A DNA stretch of 61,433 nt from Betaproteobacteria bacterium. GTDB lineage: Bacteria > Pseudomonadota > Gammaproteobacteria > Burkholderiales > Burkholderiaceae_C. The notes beneath the pieces are model-generated. The model did no database searches. It worked only from the letters and a program-made list of their open reading frames with translations, and was not told where the DNA came from. The position numbers were made by a program, and so were the translations under genes. How positions within the stretch are numbered: the first letter of the stretch is position 1; each line of letters begins with the position of its first letter. Shown here piece by piece: positions 39,734-49,738 of the stretch. The stretch spans positions 1 through 61,433 of the forward strand of contig JANLVB010000328.1 in assembly GCA_031363785.1 (NCBI GenBank), given 5' to 3'.

Positions 39734-41209
39734 TTGGCGCCTGCCGGGTCAATGGCCCGCCGCCACACTGCAGGCCCGACAGCTAACATGCAGCACATGC
39801 CCGCCACCAGCCACGCTCCAAGCCGCTCCTGCGGGCTGGCCCGGTGTTGGCTGATCACAGCGCTGCTGGGATGGGTATTGACGGCAGGCGCGGCTACGCC
39901 AAAGGCCGACAGCATCGCGGTGACCACGCCAATGACCGGAGCAGCCCGGCCGCAAACGACGGCGGGCCAACGCATCTACGAAAATACCCGCCCACGCCTG
40001 CTGCAGGTGCGCACCCTGCTCAAGACCCAAGACAGCCAGTCGACTGTGGGCTCTGGTTTCCTGATCGATGGTGGCAGCCATCTGATAACCAATTACCACG
40101 TGGTAAGCCAGTATGCGGTGCAACCGAGTCGCTTCCGGCTGGTCTACGCGACCGTGGACGGCCAACAGGGCGCGCTGGAACTGCTGGCCTTCGATGTGGT
40201 GCATGACCTGGCCCTGCTGCGGCCGGTGGACGCCGCCCCGCTGGCCGGGCGTGGTGCGATCGAACTGCGCGCCGCATCCGAACCACTGGCACGCGGCGCA
40301 CGCATCTTCAGCATGGGCAATCCGCTCGACGTGGGCTTTGCGATGGCCGAAGGCAGCTACAACGGCCCGGTAGAACGCAGCTTTTTGCCCACACTTTTTT
40401 TTGGCGGCTCGCTGAGCGCCGGCATGAGTGGCGGGCCGGCATTGGACGAGCAGGGCCGACTGATCGGGGTGAACGTGGCGACGCGGCGCGATGGCGAGCA
40501 GGTCAGCTTCCTGGTGCCAGTGGAGCCGGTGCGTGCGTTGATCGCGCGCGCACGTGGCGCCACACCAATCAAAACACCGGCCTGGCCCGAAATCAGGCGC
40601 CAGTTGCTACAGCACGAAGAGGGATTGGCACGCCGTTTCATGGCACAACCGTGGCGCGACGCTGGACATGCCCTGTACCGCATTCCGGTGCCCCAGGAGA
40701 CATGGATGCGCTGCTGGGGTCGCGGCTCTGCGCAGGAAACGCGCGGCCTGCAGTTCGAGCGCTCGGACTGCAAGATGGACACCCGCATCTTTGTCAGCGG
40801 CAACCTGCTGACCGGCTTCATCACCGTGCGCCACGAAGCCTACGATGGCAGCAAGATCGGTCCATGGCGTTTTGCCAACCGTTATTCGGCCAGTTTTGCC
40901 AATGAATTTGTCGGGCACAACGACCCGCTGCGCACCGCCGCCCAATGCGTGGAACGTAGTGTGTCGGGCCCCGCAGCAGGCGGCTCAGGCAGGTCAGGGC
41001 TGCCCATGAAGGCGGTGGTCTGCCTGCGCGCCTACAAGAAGCTCGAGGGCCTGCACGACATGATGGTGCTGGTGGCAACCCTTGATGGCGCGACCACTGG
41101 CGTGCAGGGCCGGCTCGACGCCCACGGCATCAGCCTGCCCAGCGCGCAACGGCTGGCCCGGCACTACCTGGACGGATTTGCATGGAACCCGGCCGCGACC
41201 ACACCATGA
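39734..41209 (+). CDS. Exported trypsin-like serine protease
   Basis: GSGF, TNYHVV, HDLAL, GMSGGP catalytic triad motifs; hydrophobic N-terminal segment; start uncertain. Confidence 0.85.
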   Translation: MAPAGSMARRHTAGPTANMQHMPATSHAPSRSCGLARCWLITALLGWVLTAGAATPKADSIAVTTPMTGAARPQTTAGQRIYENTRPRLLQVRTLLKTQDSQSTVGSGFLIDGGSHLITNYHVVSQYAVQPSRFRLVYATVDGQQGALELLAFDVVHDLALLRPVDAAPLAGRGAIELRAASEPLARGARIFSMGNPLDVGFAMAEGSYNGPVERSFLPTLFFGGSLSAGMSGGPALDEQGRLIGVNVATRRDGEQVSFLVPVEPVRALIARARGATPIKTPAWPEIRRQLLQHEEGLARRFMAQPWRDAGHALYRIPVPQETWMRCWGRGSAQETRGLQFERSDCKMDTRIFVSGNLLTGFITVRHEAYDGSKIGPWRFANRYSASFANEFVGHNDPLRTAAQCVERSVSGPAAGGSGRSGLPMKAVVCLRAYKKLEGLHDMMVLVATLDGATTGVQGRLDAHGISLPSAQRLARHYLDGFAWNPAATTP

Positions 41210-42201
41210 CCCGTCGGCTGGCGCTGCTCGAAGTCTTCGGACGCGACGGCCGGCTGCTGCACAGGGTGGACGTACAGCGTTGGCCGCTGTCGCTGGGCCG
41301 CGCGCTGGACAACGATGTGGTGCTGGACGACCCCTTTGTAGCCGCACACCATGCCACGCTGCATGCTGACGCCGACGGCCAGTTGCTGCTGCAGGTCGAC
41401 CAGACCACCAATGGTGTTGTGCTCGATCGCAGGCACCATGCGACCGGTGCGCGTGTGCCGTTGCCGGCCACGGCTGGCGCACTGCAGATGGGCGGCAGCA
41501 AATTGCTGCTGCGCCTGCCGGGCGAGGTGCTGGCGCCGGAACGCCCCTTGCCCGCCAGTGTCGGCCCGGGTTGGCTGACAGCGCCACGGGCCGCGGCCCT
41601 GGTGCTTCCGCTGGCTGTGGCCGACCACTGGCTCGGACTGGACCCGGGGGCGGACAGCAACGCCTGGTTGCCACTGGTCGTTGGTCTACCTGCCATATTG
41701 GCGCTGTGGTGCATGTTGTGGGCACTGGTGTCCAAGCTGTTCCAGCAGCGCTTCGATCTGGCTGGCCACGTGCGCATCGCCCTGCCCTGGCTGCTGGCTA
41801 TCGGCGTCGCCGACGCACTGCTGCCGGCCTTGGCGGCCAGTCTGGCCTGGCCCGGCTTGTGGCGACTGCTGGCGCCGCTGCAACTGCTGTTGCTGTTGCT
41901 GATGCTGCGCTCCCATCTGCATCTCGTTTTGCCCTCGGGTGGCCGCAAACTGACCGTGGTGCTGGTCACCATGGCTCTGTCGGGCGGCGCCATCGTGCTG
42001 TCACTGACACATCACGCGACCGACCGCTTCAGCCGCCCAGCCTACATGAGTACGCTGCCCGTTGCGGCGCTGCCCATGGCACGCCCGGTACCGATCGACG
42101 ATCTGTTGCAGGGACTGGCGCCACTCGCCGGCCAACTGGCTGCGCGGGTCAAAAAGGCATTGGAAGACGAACCGGGTGAAGGCGATGGGGCTGGCGAATA
42201 G
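41206..42201 (+). CDS. FHA-domain membrane protein
   Basis: LGRALDNDVVLDDPFVAAHHA...TNG FHA-like motif followed by several TM helices. Confidence 0.8.
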   Translation: MTRRLALLEVFGRDGRLLHRVDVQRWPLSLGRALDNDVVLDDPFVAAHHATLHADADGQLLLQVDQTTNGVVLDRRHHATGARVPLPATAGALQMGGSKLLLRLPGEVLAPERPLPASVGPGWLTAPRAAALVLPLAVADHWLGLDPGADSNAWLPLVVGLPAILALWCMLWALVSKLFQQRFDLAGHVRIALPWLLAIGVADALLPALAASLAWPGLWRLLAPLQLLLLLLMLRSHLHLVLPSGGRKLTVVLVTMALSGGAIVLSLTHHATDRFSRPAYMSTLPVAALPMARPVPIDDLLQGLAPLAGQLAARVKKALEDEPGEGDGAGE

Positions 42202-42302
42202 CAGCCGATCGGGCTTCGAGTAGGATTGTTGGCTTGGCCAGTTGCAACGCACCGCGCTGGTGCGCCTGGCAGCCGCTGGGGCAGGCCCGGGATCGCCTCA
42301 GG

Positions 42303-42812
42303 TCACGGCTGCAGCCGCAGCAAACGCTGCGGTGCCAGCCGCTCAAAATCGGCATCAAACGTCACCAGGCGCAGGCCCGCTGCATCAGCCGTGGCCACCA
42401 GCCAGATGTTGGTCCACAACCGGGCTGGCAGACCAGGCATGCGTGTCAGGCGCTCGGCCAAAGGCGCATCGGCGGCTTCGCAGTCGGGCATCAGGCCAAC
42501 ACCAGCAGCCTGACGCAATTGCCGGTAGATGGCATGGGCATCACTTAGGCCCAACACGGCGTCTCCCATCACCTTGGGCTGGCTCAGCAGGCGCACCAGG
42601 CCCAACATGGTGGAGCGGCAAAACCATCGGCGTTGCCCGTTGCTGGCCGGTTCGGCTTGGGTTTCATCCCAGTAGCGCCGGGCTGCAGTATGGTGCGGGT
42701 GTTCAGCCACGACGAGTGCAAGCCAGACGTTGAGATCAAGCAAGTCCCCGTCCATCGGACGCGTGAACCTGTGCCAGGCTGCCGGTGATTCGGCAACACC
42801 GATCGCCATCAC
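42303..42812 (-). CDS. vapC: PIN-domain toxin (VapC, TIGR00028-like)
   Basis: DLNVWLAL..EHPHH, GLVRLLSQPKVMG, LVTFDADF. Confidence 0.85.
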   Translation of the reverse strand: MMAIGVAESPAAWHRFTRPMDGDLLDLNVWLALVVAEHPHHTAARRYWDETQAEPASNGQRRWFCRSTMLGLVRLLSQPKVMGDAVLGLSDAHAIYRQLRQAAGVGLMPDCEAADAPLAERLTRMPGLPARLWTNIWLVATADAAGLRLVTFDADFERLAPQRLLRLQP

Positions 42813-43051
42813 TCGTCTGCCAGTGCACTCAAATGGGCATGGCTGAGGGCGCCCGTGGCGAGCACCAGCGGGCGACCCAATCGCACTATCGGCAGGCTGG
42901 CTGCCGGCAGGGCAGGCTCAATGACGGGACCTTGCAGGCCACGCTCGACCAGTTGGAGCACCAAATCACGCAGGCTTCGACCTTCCAGCGCCGCGCGGGC
43001 CTTCAAGTGGCGCATCAGTTCATCGGGCAGGTCCAGCGTAGTTCGCATCAA
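42809..43051 (-). CDS. Ribbon-helix-helix antitoxin (VapB-like)
   Basis: MRTTLDLPDELMRHLKARAALEGRSLRDLV; GTGA-coupled to vapC. Confidence 0.85.
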   Translation of the reverse strand: MMRTTLDLPDELMRHLKARAALEGRSLRDLVLQLVERGLQGPVIEPALPAASLPIVRLGRPLVLATGALSHAHLSALADE

Positions 43052-43135
43052 CGCATATTAGCATCAAATCGCACAAACATATAGTCACCGCCGAAGCCAC
43101 TTTGAATACCGTCCGATTCCCGGCGGTCACCTGCC

Positions 43136-44017
43136 TCAATACGGTTTCATGCGCCACATCGCCGCCTCGTGCCCCGGCGCAAACACCTGGTTGGTGATGG
43201 CCGGGTCACGGTTCACCAGCTGGCGTGCGTACATCGGATGACGCATGCTGCGCACCTCGTGCTCCAGGGTTGCCAGCACCTGGCCGCTCTGTGGGTCGAC
43301 GATGTCCTGAAAGCGGTATTGGCTCTGGTTGCTCTCTTCGGTAACCAACGCGCGCTCCAGCAGCCGGCGGTGCACGCCCGAAAAGTCGGCCACGGCAATT
43401 TGAACGTGGTGACCGTCGTACACCGCAAGTGGTTGATCGCTCTCCCGAAATTGCAGACTTTCGGCAAAACCAATGGGGACCCGTGCAAAAGCGGCACCAT
43501 CCGCCAAAACGCCGGTAGTTGCAGGCGACCCCATCACCTCGCCGTAAAACCGCGCGACTCCTGCCGTTGTACCGGGCGCCACGTCAATCTGTACATAGGG
43601 CATGCCAAGCAGCGAGCTGCCAAAACGCGCCGGGTCTGGCGCGTGCACCCGAATTCGATTACCCCACGGGCAGCACACGTCCAACTGCGCGCCATTACGT
43701 GTAAAAGCAAACTGCGTGCCGTCCAGTCGACGCGCCACGGCCTCCAGGCGCCGCTCCAGGGCATCGAGATCGGCCATCACCAGGCCGACCACCCCGCGCA
43801 GCACCTGCGCCGGACCGACCGGCAGGTGGAACTGGCAGGTGCCGACATTGATCCAGGCGTTGTCGACCCCGGTCACGATGTACGGATCGCGCGTCAGGCC
43901 CAACCCCATCACATAGAAGATGATGGCCTGCTGCTGATCGGGAACACGCATGTTGACGTGGCCGAACTCGACGATGTTGCCGACGTCTTCGGTACTTCGG
44001 TTGTATGTTGTAGTCAT
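43136..44017 (-). CDS. Glyoxalase/VOC-like conserved protein
   Basis: HVNMRVPD..AIIFY..GLGLTRDP, QFHLP, CPWGN, GHHVQI; ATGA-coupled to the NUDIX gene. Confidence 0.6.
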   Translation of the reverse strand: MTTTYNRSTEDVGNIVEFGHVNMRVPDQQQAIIFYVMGLGLTRDPYIVTGVDNAWINVGTCQFHLPVGPAQVLRGVVGLVMADLDALERRLEAVARRLDGTQFAFTRNGAQLDVCCPWGNRIRVHAPDPARFGSSLLGMPYVQIDVAPGTTAGVARFYGEVMGSPATTGVLADGAAFARVPIGFAESLQFRESDQPLAVYDGHHVQIAVADFSGVHRRLLERALVTEESNQSQYRFQDIVDPQSGQVLATLEHEVRSMRHPMYARQLVNRDPAITNQVFAPGHEAAMWRMKPY

Positions 44018-44493
44018 GGCGTCGTCATTTTCAGCAGGTGCAGCGGGTGCCGCACCCCCGCCAGATAGTCCTGCACACACTGCAGCAGCGCCGGAGTGCG
44101 ATGCTGCGCCACACTGGCGCGGATTTCATCGGCATCCAGCCACAAACTGCGCACGATGCCATGGTCAAGCCGTTGGTCGGGCAGGAAGGCTCCAAGTTCA
44201 CCGCAAAAGGCAAATCGCAGGTAAGTGGTGGTAGCGGATTTGTCCGGCGTCACCGCAGCAGGCGGCACGCCGGTCAGATAAACACCGACCAGCGCCGTCG
44301 GAGCAAACCGGTAGGCGGTTTCTTCGCGTGTCTCGCGGATACAGGCCTCAACCAGCGACTCGCCCGGATCCAGATGCCCGGCCGGGTTGTTCAGTTGCAG
44401 GCCTTGCGGGGTGTGTTCTTCCACCAGCAGGAACTTACCGTCGCGCTCGATCACGGCTGCCACCGTGACGTTGGGCTTCCAGCGCTTGTGCAT
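44014..44493 (-). CDS. NUDIX hydrolase (NudJ-like)
   Basis: WKPNVTVAAVIE, PAGHLDPGESLVEACIRETREET. Confidence 0.9.
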   Translation of the reverse strand: MHKRWKPNVTVAAVIERDGKFLLVEEHTPQGLQLNNPAGHLDPGESLVEACIRETREETAYRFAPTALVGVYLTGVPPAAVTPDKSATTTYLRFAFCGELGAFLPDQRLDHGIVRSLWLDADEIRASVAQHRTPALLQCVQDYLAGVRHPLHLLKMTTP

Positions 44494-44568
44494 GCCAAAT
44501 TATGCGGCGCAAACTCGGGTAAGCTCAGGGCCGGACTTCACTGCATCACATAACAAGAGGAGCGGCCC

Positions 44569-45696
44569 ATGCTGATTGGCATTCCGACAGAAACCAGCGT
44601 CGGCGAGACGCGTGTGGCCATGACGCCTGAGACCGCGAAAAAGCTCAAGGCGCAGGGGCACACCTTGCGCGTGCAGTCGGGTGCAGGGGTTGCTGCCAGT
44701 GTGACCGACGCGGCCTATGCGGCGGCCGGTGCAGAAATCACCGACGCAGCAGGCGCCTTGGGGTGTGAACTGGTACTCAAGGTGCGCAGCCCCTCGACAG
44801 CCGAACTTGGCGCCATGAAATCCGGCAGCTTCCTGGTGGGCATGCTCAATCCGTTTGACGCCGAGGGTCTGCAGCGCCTGGCCGCGGCGGGGCTGACGGC
44901 ATTCGCGCTGGAAGCGGCGCCGCGCACCACCCGCGCGCAGAGCATGGATGTTCTGTCGTCGCAGGCCAACATCGCCGGCTACAAGGCGGTGATGGTGGCG
45001 GCCGACAAGTACCAGCGGTTTTTCCCCATGCTGATGACTGCCGCTGGCACCGTCAAGGCGGCGCGGGTGGTGATCCTGGGTGTGGGTGTGGCCGGTTTAC
45101 AGGCCATTGCCACCGCCAAACGGCTGGGCGCGGTGATCGAGGCGTCTGACGTGCGCCCGAGCGTGAAGGAGCAGGTCGAGTCGCTGGGCGGCAAGTTCAT
45201 CGACGTGTCCTACGACACGCCGGAAGAAAAGGAAGCAGCGATCGGCGTCGGTGGTTACGCCAAACCCATGCCACAAAGCTGGCTGGAGCGGCAAAAGCTG
45301 GAAGTCGCCAAGCGTGTGGCGCAAGCCGATATCGTGATCTCGACCGCGCTCATCCCGGGCCGTGCGGCGCCGACCCTGGTCACCGCGGACATGGTGGCCA
45401 GCATGAAGCCGGGTTCGGTGATTGTCGACATCGCTGCCGGCAAGGGGCCGGACGGCGGCGGCAACTGCCCCCTATCGGAAGCCGACAAGACGGTCGTGAA
45501 ACACGGTGTCACCATCGTCGGCGAGACCAACTTGCCGGCCCTGGTGGCAGCCGATGCGTCGTCGCTGTATGCCCGCAATGTGCTGGACTTCCTCAAGCTG
45601 ATCATCAGCAAGGAAGGCGCGCTGCAGGTCGACATGGACGACGACATCGTCGCCGCCTGCCTGATGGCGCAGGGCGGCGAAGTCAAGCGCAAGTAA
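44569..45696 (+). CDS. pntAa: NAD(P) transhydrogenase alpha subunit, part 1
   Basis: ETRVAMTP, RAQSMDVLSSQANIAGY, GVGVAGLQA. Confidence 0.96.
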   Translation: MLIGIPTETSVGETRVAMTPETAKKLKAQGHTLRVQSGAGVAASVTDAAYAAAGAEITDAAGALGCELVLKVRSPSTAELGAMKSGSFLVGMLNPFDAEGLQRLAAAGLTAFALEAAPRTTRAQSMDVLSSQANIAGYKAVMVAADKYQRFFPMLMTAAGTVKAARVVILGVGVAGLQAIATAKRLGAVIEASDVRPSVKEQVESLGGKFIDVSYDTPEEKEAAIGVGGYAKPMPQSWLERQKLEVAKRVAQADIVISTALIPGRAAPTLVTADMVASMKPGSVIVDIAAGKGPDGGGNCPLSEADKTVVKHGVTIVGETNLPALVAADASSLYARNVLDFLKLIISKEGALQVDMDDDIVAACLMAQGGEVKRK

Positions 45697-45728
45697 GCAG
45701 CCCGAACCAGAACAACAGGAGCACCGCC

Positions 45729-46055
45729 GTGGATATTGCCTCTCCCACCATTACCAATCTGATCATCTTTGTACTGGCCATCTACGTGGGTTACCACGTG
45801 GTATGGACCGTCACGCCGGCATTACACACGCCCTTGATGGCGGTCACCAACGCGATCAGCGCCATCGTGATCATCGGTGCCATGCTGGCCGCAGCCCTGA
45901 CGGAAACCACGCTCGGCCGCACCATGGGTGTGCTGGCCGTGGCACTGGCTGCGGTGAACGTGTTTGGCGGCTTCCTGGTCACCCGGCGCATGCTGGAGAT
46001 GTTCAAGAAGAAGGACAAGAAGCCTGCTGCCGTCAGGGAAGGTGGCACCAAATGA
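45729..46055 (+). CDS. pntAb: NAD(P) transhydrogenase alpha subunit, part 2
   Basis: VTPALHTPLMAVTNAIS, GGFLVTRRMLEMF. Confidence 0.96.
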   Translation: MDIASPTITNLIIFVLAIYVGYHVVWTVTPALHTPLMAVTNAISAIVIIGAMLAAALTETTLGRTMGVLAVALAAVNVFGGFLVTRRMLEMFKKKDKKPAAVREGGTK

Positions 46056-47473
46056 GCATGGATCTGGTCACCATCCTGTACCTGGTCGCCTCGGTCTGCT
46101 TCATCCAGGCGCTCAAGGGGCTGTCGCATCCGACGACGTCGATCCGCGGCAACTTGTTCGGCATGGTCGGCATGGCCATCGCCACACTCACCACGGCCGC
46201 GCTGATTGTCAAGCTGGCGGGCAGCCCGATGGGGCTGTCATGGGTTCTGCTCGGCCTGGTGGTGGGCGGTGGCGCCGGTGCGGTGATGGCCCAACGCGTG
46301 GAGATGACCAAGATGCCAGAGCTGGTGGCGTTTTTCCACAGCATGATCGGCCTGGCGGCCGTGTTTATAGCCATTGCCGCCGTGGTGGAGCCCTGGGCTT
46401 TCAGTATTGTCGCGAAAGGCACCGCGATTCCAGCGGGCAACCGGCTCGAACTGGCCCTCGGATCGGCCATTGGCGCGGTCACCTTCAGCGGCTCGGTGAT
46501 TGCCTTCGGCAAGTTGTCGGGCAAGTACAAGTTCCGCCTGTTCCAGGGTGCGCCGGTGCAGTTTGCCGGGCAACACCAGCTCAACCTGGTGCTGGGTCTG
46601 ATCATGCTGGTCAACATCGCCTTGTACACCTGGAGCGGCGACCCGATCTATTTCGCCATTGCCAGCGTGCTGGCGTTTGTAATGGGCGTGCTCATCATCA
46701 TCCCGATCGGTGGCGCCGACATGCCGGTGGTGGTGTCCATGCTCAACAGTTACTCCGGCTGGGCCGCAGCCGGGATCGGCTTCAGTCTGAACAACTCCAT
46801 GCTGATCATTGCCGGGTCGCTGGTCGGCTCCTCCGGGGCGATCCTGAGCTACATCATGTGCAAGGCGATGAACCGCTCCTTCTTCAACGTGATCCTGGGT
46901 GGTTTTGGCGGCGAGGCAACAACGGCTGCCGCAGGTGGTACGGCGCAACGCAGTGTGAAGAGCGGCAGCGCTGACGACGCGGCGTTTGTGCTGAGTAATG
47001 CCGAGACTGTGGTCATCGTGCCGGGTTACGGCCTGGCCGTGGCCCGTGCACAACACGCGGTGAAGGAACTTGCTGCCAAGCTGACGGAAAAAGGCATCAC
47101 GGTGAAATACGCCATCCATCCGGTGGCCGGTCGTATGCCCGGGCACATGAACGTGTTGCTGGCAGAAGCCGAGGTGCCCTACGACCAGGTGTTTGAAATG
47201 GAAGACATCAATGGCGAATTTGGCCAAGCCGATGTGGCCATCATCCTGGGAGCCAACGACGTGGTGAACCCCGCTGCCCATGTGAAGGGCAGTGCCATCT
47301 ACGGCATGCCGATCCTGGAGGCCTACAAGGCCAAGACGGTGATCGTCAACAATCGCTCCATGGCCGCGGGCTACGCCGGGCTGGACAACGAACTGTTCTA
47401 CATGGACAAGACCATGATGGTCTTTGGCGATGCGAAAAAGGTCGTCGAAGACATGGGCAAGGCGATCGAATAA
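46052..47473 (+). CDS. pntB: NAD(P) transhydrogenase beta subunit
   Basis: MPELVA, GGADMPVVVSMLNSYSG, HPVAGRMPGHMNVLLAEA. Confidence 0.97.
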   Translation: MSMDLVTILYLVASVCFIQALKGLSHPTTSIRGNLFGMVGMAIATLTTAALIVKLAGSPMGLSWVLLGLVVGGGAGAVMAQRVEMTKMPELVAFFHSMIGLAAVFIAIAAVVEPWAFSIVAKGTAIPAGNRLELALGSAIGAVTFSGSVIAFGKLSGKYKFRLFQGAPVQFAGQHQLNLVLGLIMLVNIALYTWSGDPIYFAIASVLAFVMGVLIIIPIGGADMPVVVSMLNSYSGWAAAGIGFSLNNSMLIIAGSLVGSSGAILSYIMCKAMNRSFFNVILGGFGGEATTAAAGGTAQRSVKSGSADDAAFVLSNAETVVIVPGYGLAVARAQHAVKELAAKLTEKGITVKYAIHPVAGRMPGHMNVLLAEAEVPYDQVFEMEDINGEFGQADVAIILGANDVVNPAAHVKGSAIYGMPILEAYKAKTVIVNNRSMAAGYAGLDNELFYMDKTMMVFGDAKKVVEDMGKAIE

Positions 47474-47503
47474 GGCCCCTGGCCGGACCCAACAGCCCGG
47501 CGA

Positions 47504-48490
47504 TTATTTGAGCCAGCCGCGACGGCGGAAGTACCACATCGGCACGATGGCGCTGGCGGCCATCAGCACCAGCGCATAGGCATAACCGAGCGACCAGTCG
47601 AGCTCGGGCATATGGCGGAAATTCATGCCATACAAGCTGGCGATGAGGGTTGGCGGCAACAGGGCGACACTGGCCACCGAGAAGATCTTGATGATCTTGT
47701 TCTGGTTGATGTTGATGAAGCCAACCGTCGCGTCCATCAGAAAGTTGATCTTGTCGAACAGGAACGCGGTGTGTGAATCCAGCGAGTCAATATCGCGCAG
47801 GATTTGCCGCGCCTCCTCGAACTGCTCGGCGTTGAGCATCTTGCTGCGCATCATGAAGCTCACCGCGCGTCGGGTATCCATCACATTGCGCCGTATGCGT
47901 CCGTTCATGTCCTCGTGGCGTGCAATGGCACCCAGCACCTCGCCTGCACGCACATCGGTCATGTCGCCCGACAACACCTTGCTGCTGACTTTCTCCAGCT
48001 CGTCATAGATGCCCTCCAGGGTGTCGGCCGAATACTCGGCATCGGCGTCGAACAGCTTGAGCAAAACCTCCTTGGCGTCCTCGATCAAGCCTGGCGCACG
48101 CCGCGCGCGCATGCGCAGCAGCCGAAACACCGGCACGTCCTCGTCGTGGATGGAAAAAAGCACGCCCTTGCTGCGCAACTCCCCATTCGCCAGGTTGAGG
48201 ATGAAAGCCACCCGCACCGTGCGTGGCTCCTGCTCGTCGGCGATCAGGAAGTCGCTGCGGATATGCAGGTCGCCGTTGTCCTCGGAGTAAAAGCGGGCCG
48301 ACTCCTCGATGTCCTCGTCCATCGCATCGTCGGGAATGGACAGGCCGAAATACTGCTTGATCCAGCGTTTTTCATCCAGCGTGGGCGACTCCAGGTCGAC
48401 CCATATCGGCCGGAACTTCGACAACTCCTCCAGCGACTCGATCTCCTCCTGGAACAGACGGCCGTTGGCGAGTGTGAAGACGTTGAGCAT
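47504..48490 (-). CDS. corA: Magnesium/cobalt transporter
   Basis: PPTLIASLYGMNF..MPEL signature. Confidence 0.96.
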   Translation of the reverse strand: MLNVFTLANGRLFQEEIESLEELSKFRPIWVDLESPTLDEKRWIKQYFGLSIPDDAMDEDIEESARFYSEDNGDLHIRSDFLIADEQEPRTVRVAFILNLANGELRSKGVLFSIHDEDVPVFRLLRMRARRAPGLIEDAKEVLLKLFDADAEYSADTLEGIYDELEKVSSKVLSGDMTDVRAGEVLGAIARHEDMNGRIRRNVMDTRRAVSFMMRSKMLNAEQFEEARQILRDIDSLDSHTAFLFDKINFLMDATVGFININQNKIIKIFSVASVALLPPTLIASLYGMNFRHMPELDWSLGYAYALVLMAASAIVPMWYFRRRGWLK

Positions 48491-48532
48491 GGGCGCTCAA
48501 ATTATCGCATCCGCGTCTGCGTCGGCGGTGCC

Positions 48533-49738
48533 TCAATTGCCCAGGACCATTTCCAGCAATTCGGCTTTCTGGGCCCGTGCGTCACGTTCCCCCATGGCAA
48601 TCAGGGACTGCACAAAACCGGGCTCGAACAGCAGGTAACTGGCCAAAGTGCCGCCACTGCCCTTGAGCACACCCAGGCCGCCCAGCGCATCGCGGACCGC
48701 AGCCGGCAATTCGTGCGTGAACTGCTGTGCCAGACCATCGAGCGACTGTGTGGGGGCGATGGCCAGCACATCGATGGCCTTGTAGGGCATGGCGGCTGCG
48801 GCTTCACGCGGCAGGCGGTTGATGGTCTGTGTGACGCGTTGCGTCTGCTCGACATCGGCCTGCAGGGTGTCGTGAAAAACACTGGCCATGACGTGGCCGG
48901 CCATGCTGCCCAGGGTTGGCCCTTTCGCCGGGCTGTGCCCGACGCCGACCACCAGGCCCGGTCGTTCGGGCTGTCCGACGCCGACCACCAGGATCCGGCG
49001 CGCGCCCAGATGCATGGCCGGCGACAACGGTGTCACCTGGCGCATGGAGCCATCGCCAAAATGCTCGACCCGCCCATCCACCTCCAGCGCGGTTGCCGGA
49101 AACAGGAATGGAATGGCGCTCGATGCCATCAGGTGGGCCACCGTCACGCGGTGGTACTCGGAGCGCCGGCCGGGCCGGGCCCAGCCCTCGAACTCGCCGC
49201 GACTGGCGGTCTGGCAGAACGTCCAGTGCACACCACTGGAATAACTCGAGCCAGTGACGGCAAGGGCGTCGATGGTGTTGGAACGCAGAGCCGCTTCGAT
49301 ACCGTCGGTCAGGATGCCTTTGCGCAGGATGTTCGCCAGCGGCGCGTTGTCCAGCATGGCGCCGTTGGCGCGCGCATGGCGCGACAGGCTCAGTGCCACA
49401 GCGAATCGGCTGAAACGCACCCACGGCGGCACATTGAGCTGGTACACGTCGGTAGAACGCAACTGGGTCCAGAACTCGGCCAACTGCTCGAACGCCTGCA
49501 GGCCCTGCATTGCACGGCCAGCCAGAAACGCGGCGTTGATGGCGCCAGCCGACGTGCCGACCAGCACCTGGAAAGGAAAGGTCCGCGACGCCCCAGGATG
49601 GGCCGCCAGCATAGCGCCCAGGGCGCGCAGCACACCTACCTGGTAGGCGGTGCGGGCACCACCACCCATCAGCACCAGGCCCACCGTCGGGCGGCCAAAC
49701 TGGCGCATGCCTGAGTGGATGATGGTATCGAGGCTCAT
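48533..49738 (-). CDS. Patatin-like phospholipase
   Basis: GGGAR, GTSAG, MASSAIP, DGS motifs. Confidence 0.9.
   Translation of the reverse strand: MSLDTIIHSGMRQFGRPTVGLVLMGGGARTAYQVGVLRALGAMLAAHPGASRTFPFQVLVGTSAGAINAAFLAGRAMQGLQAFEQLAEFWTQLRSTDVYQLNVPPWVRFSRFAVALSLSRHARANGAMLDNAPLANILRKGILTDGIEAALRSNTIDALAVTGSSYSSGVHWTFCQTASRGEFEGWARPGRRSEYHRVTVAHLMASSAIPFLFPATALEVDGRVEHFGDGSMRQVTPLSPAMHLGARRILVVGVGQPERPGLVVGVGHSPAKGPTLGSMAGHVMASVFHDTLQADVEQTQRVTQTINRLPREAAAAMPYKAIDVLAIAPTQSLDGLAQQFTHELPAAVRDALGGLGVLKGSGGTLASYLLFEPGFVQSLIAMGERDARAQKAELLEMVLGN

Noticed and set aside
47804-49714. 636-aa plus-strand ORF (also 8315-9910, 59083-60621 and 11398-12681)
   Set aside because: Antisense to well-supported genes (corA/patatin, ABC operon, holA/fic).
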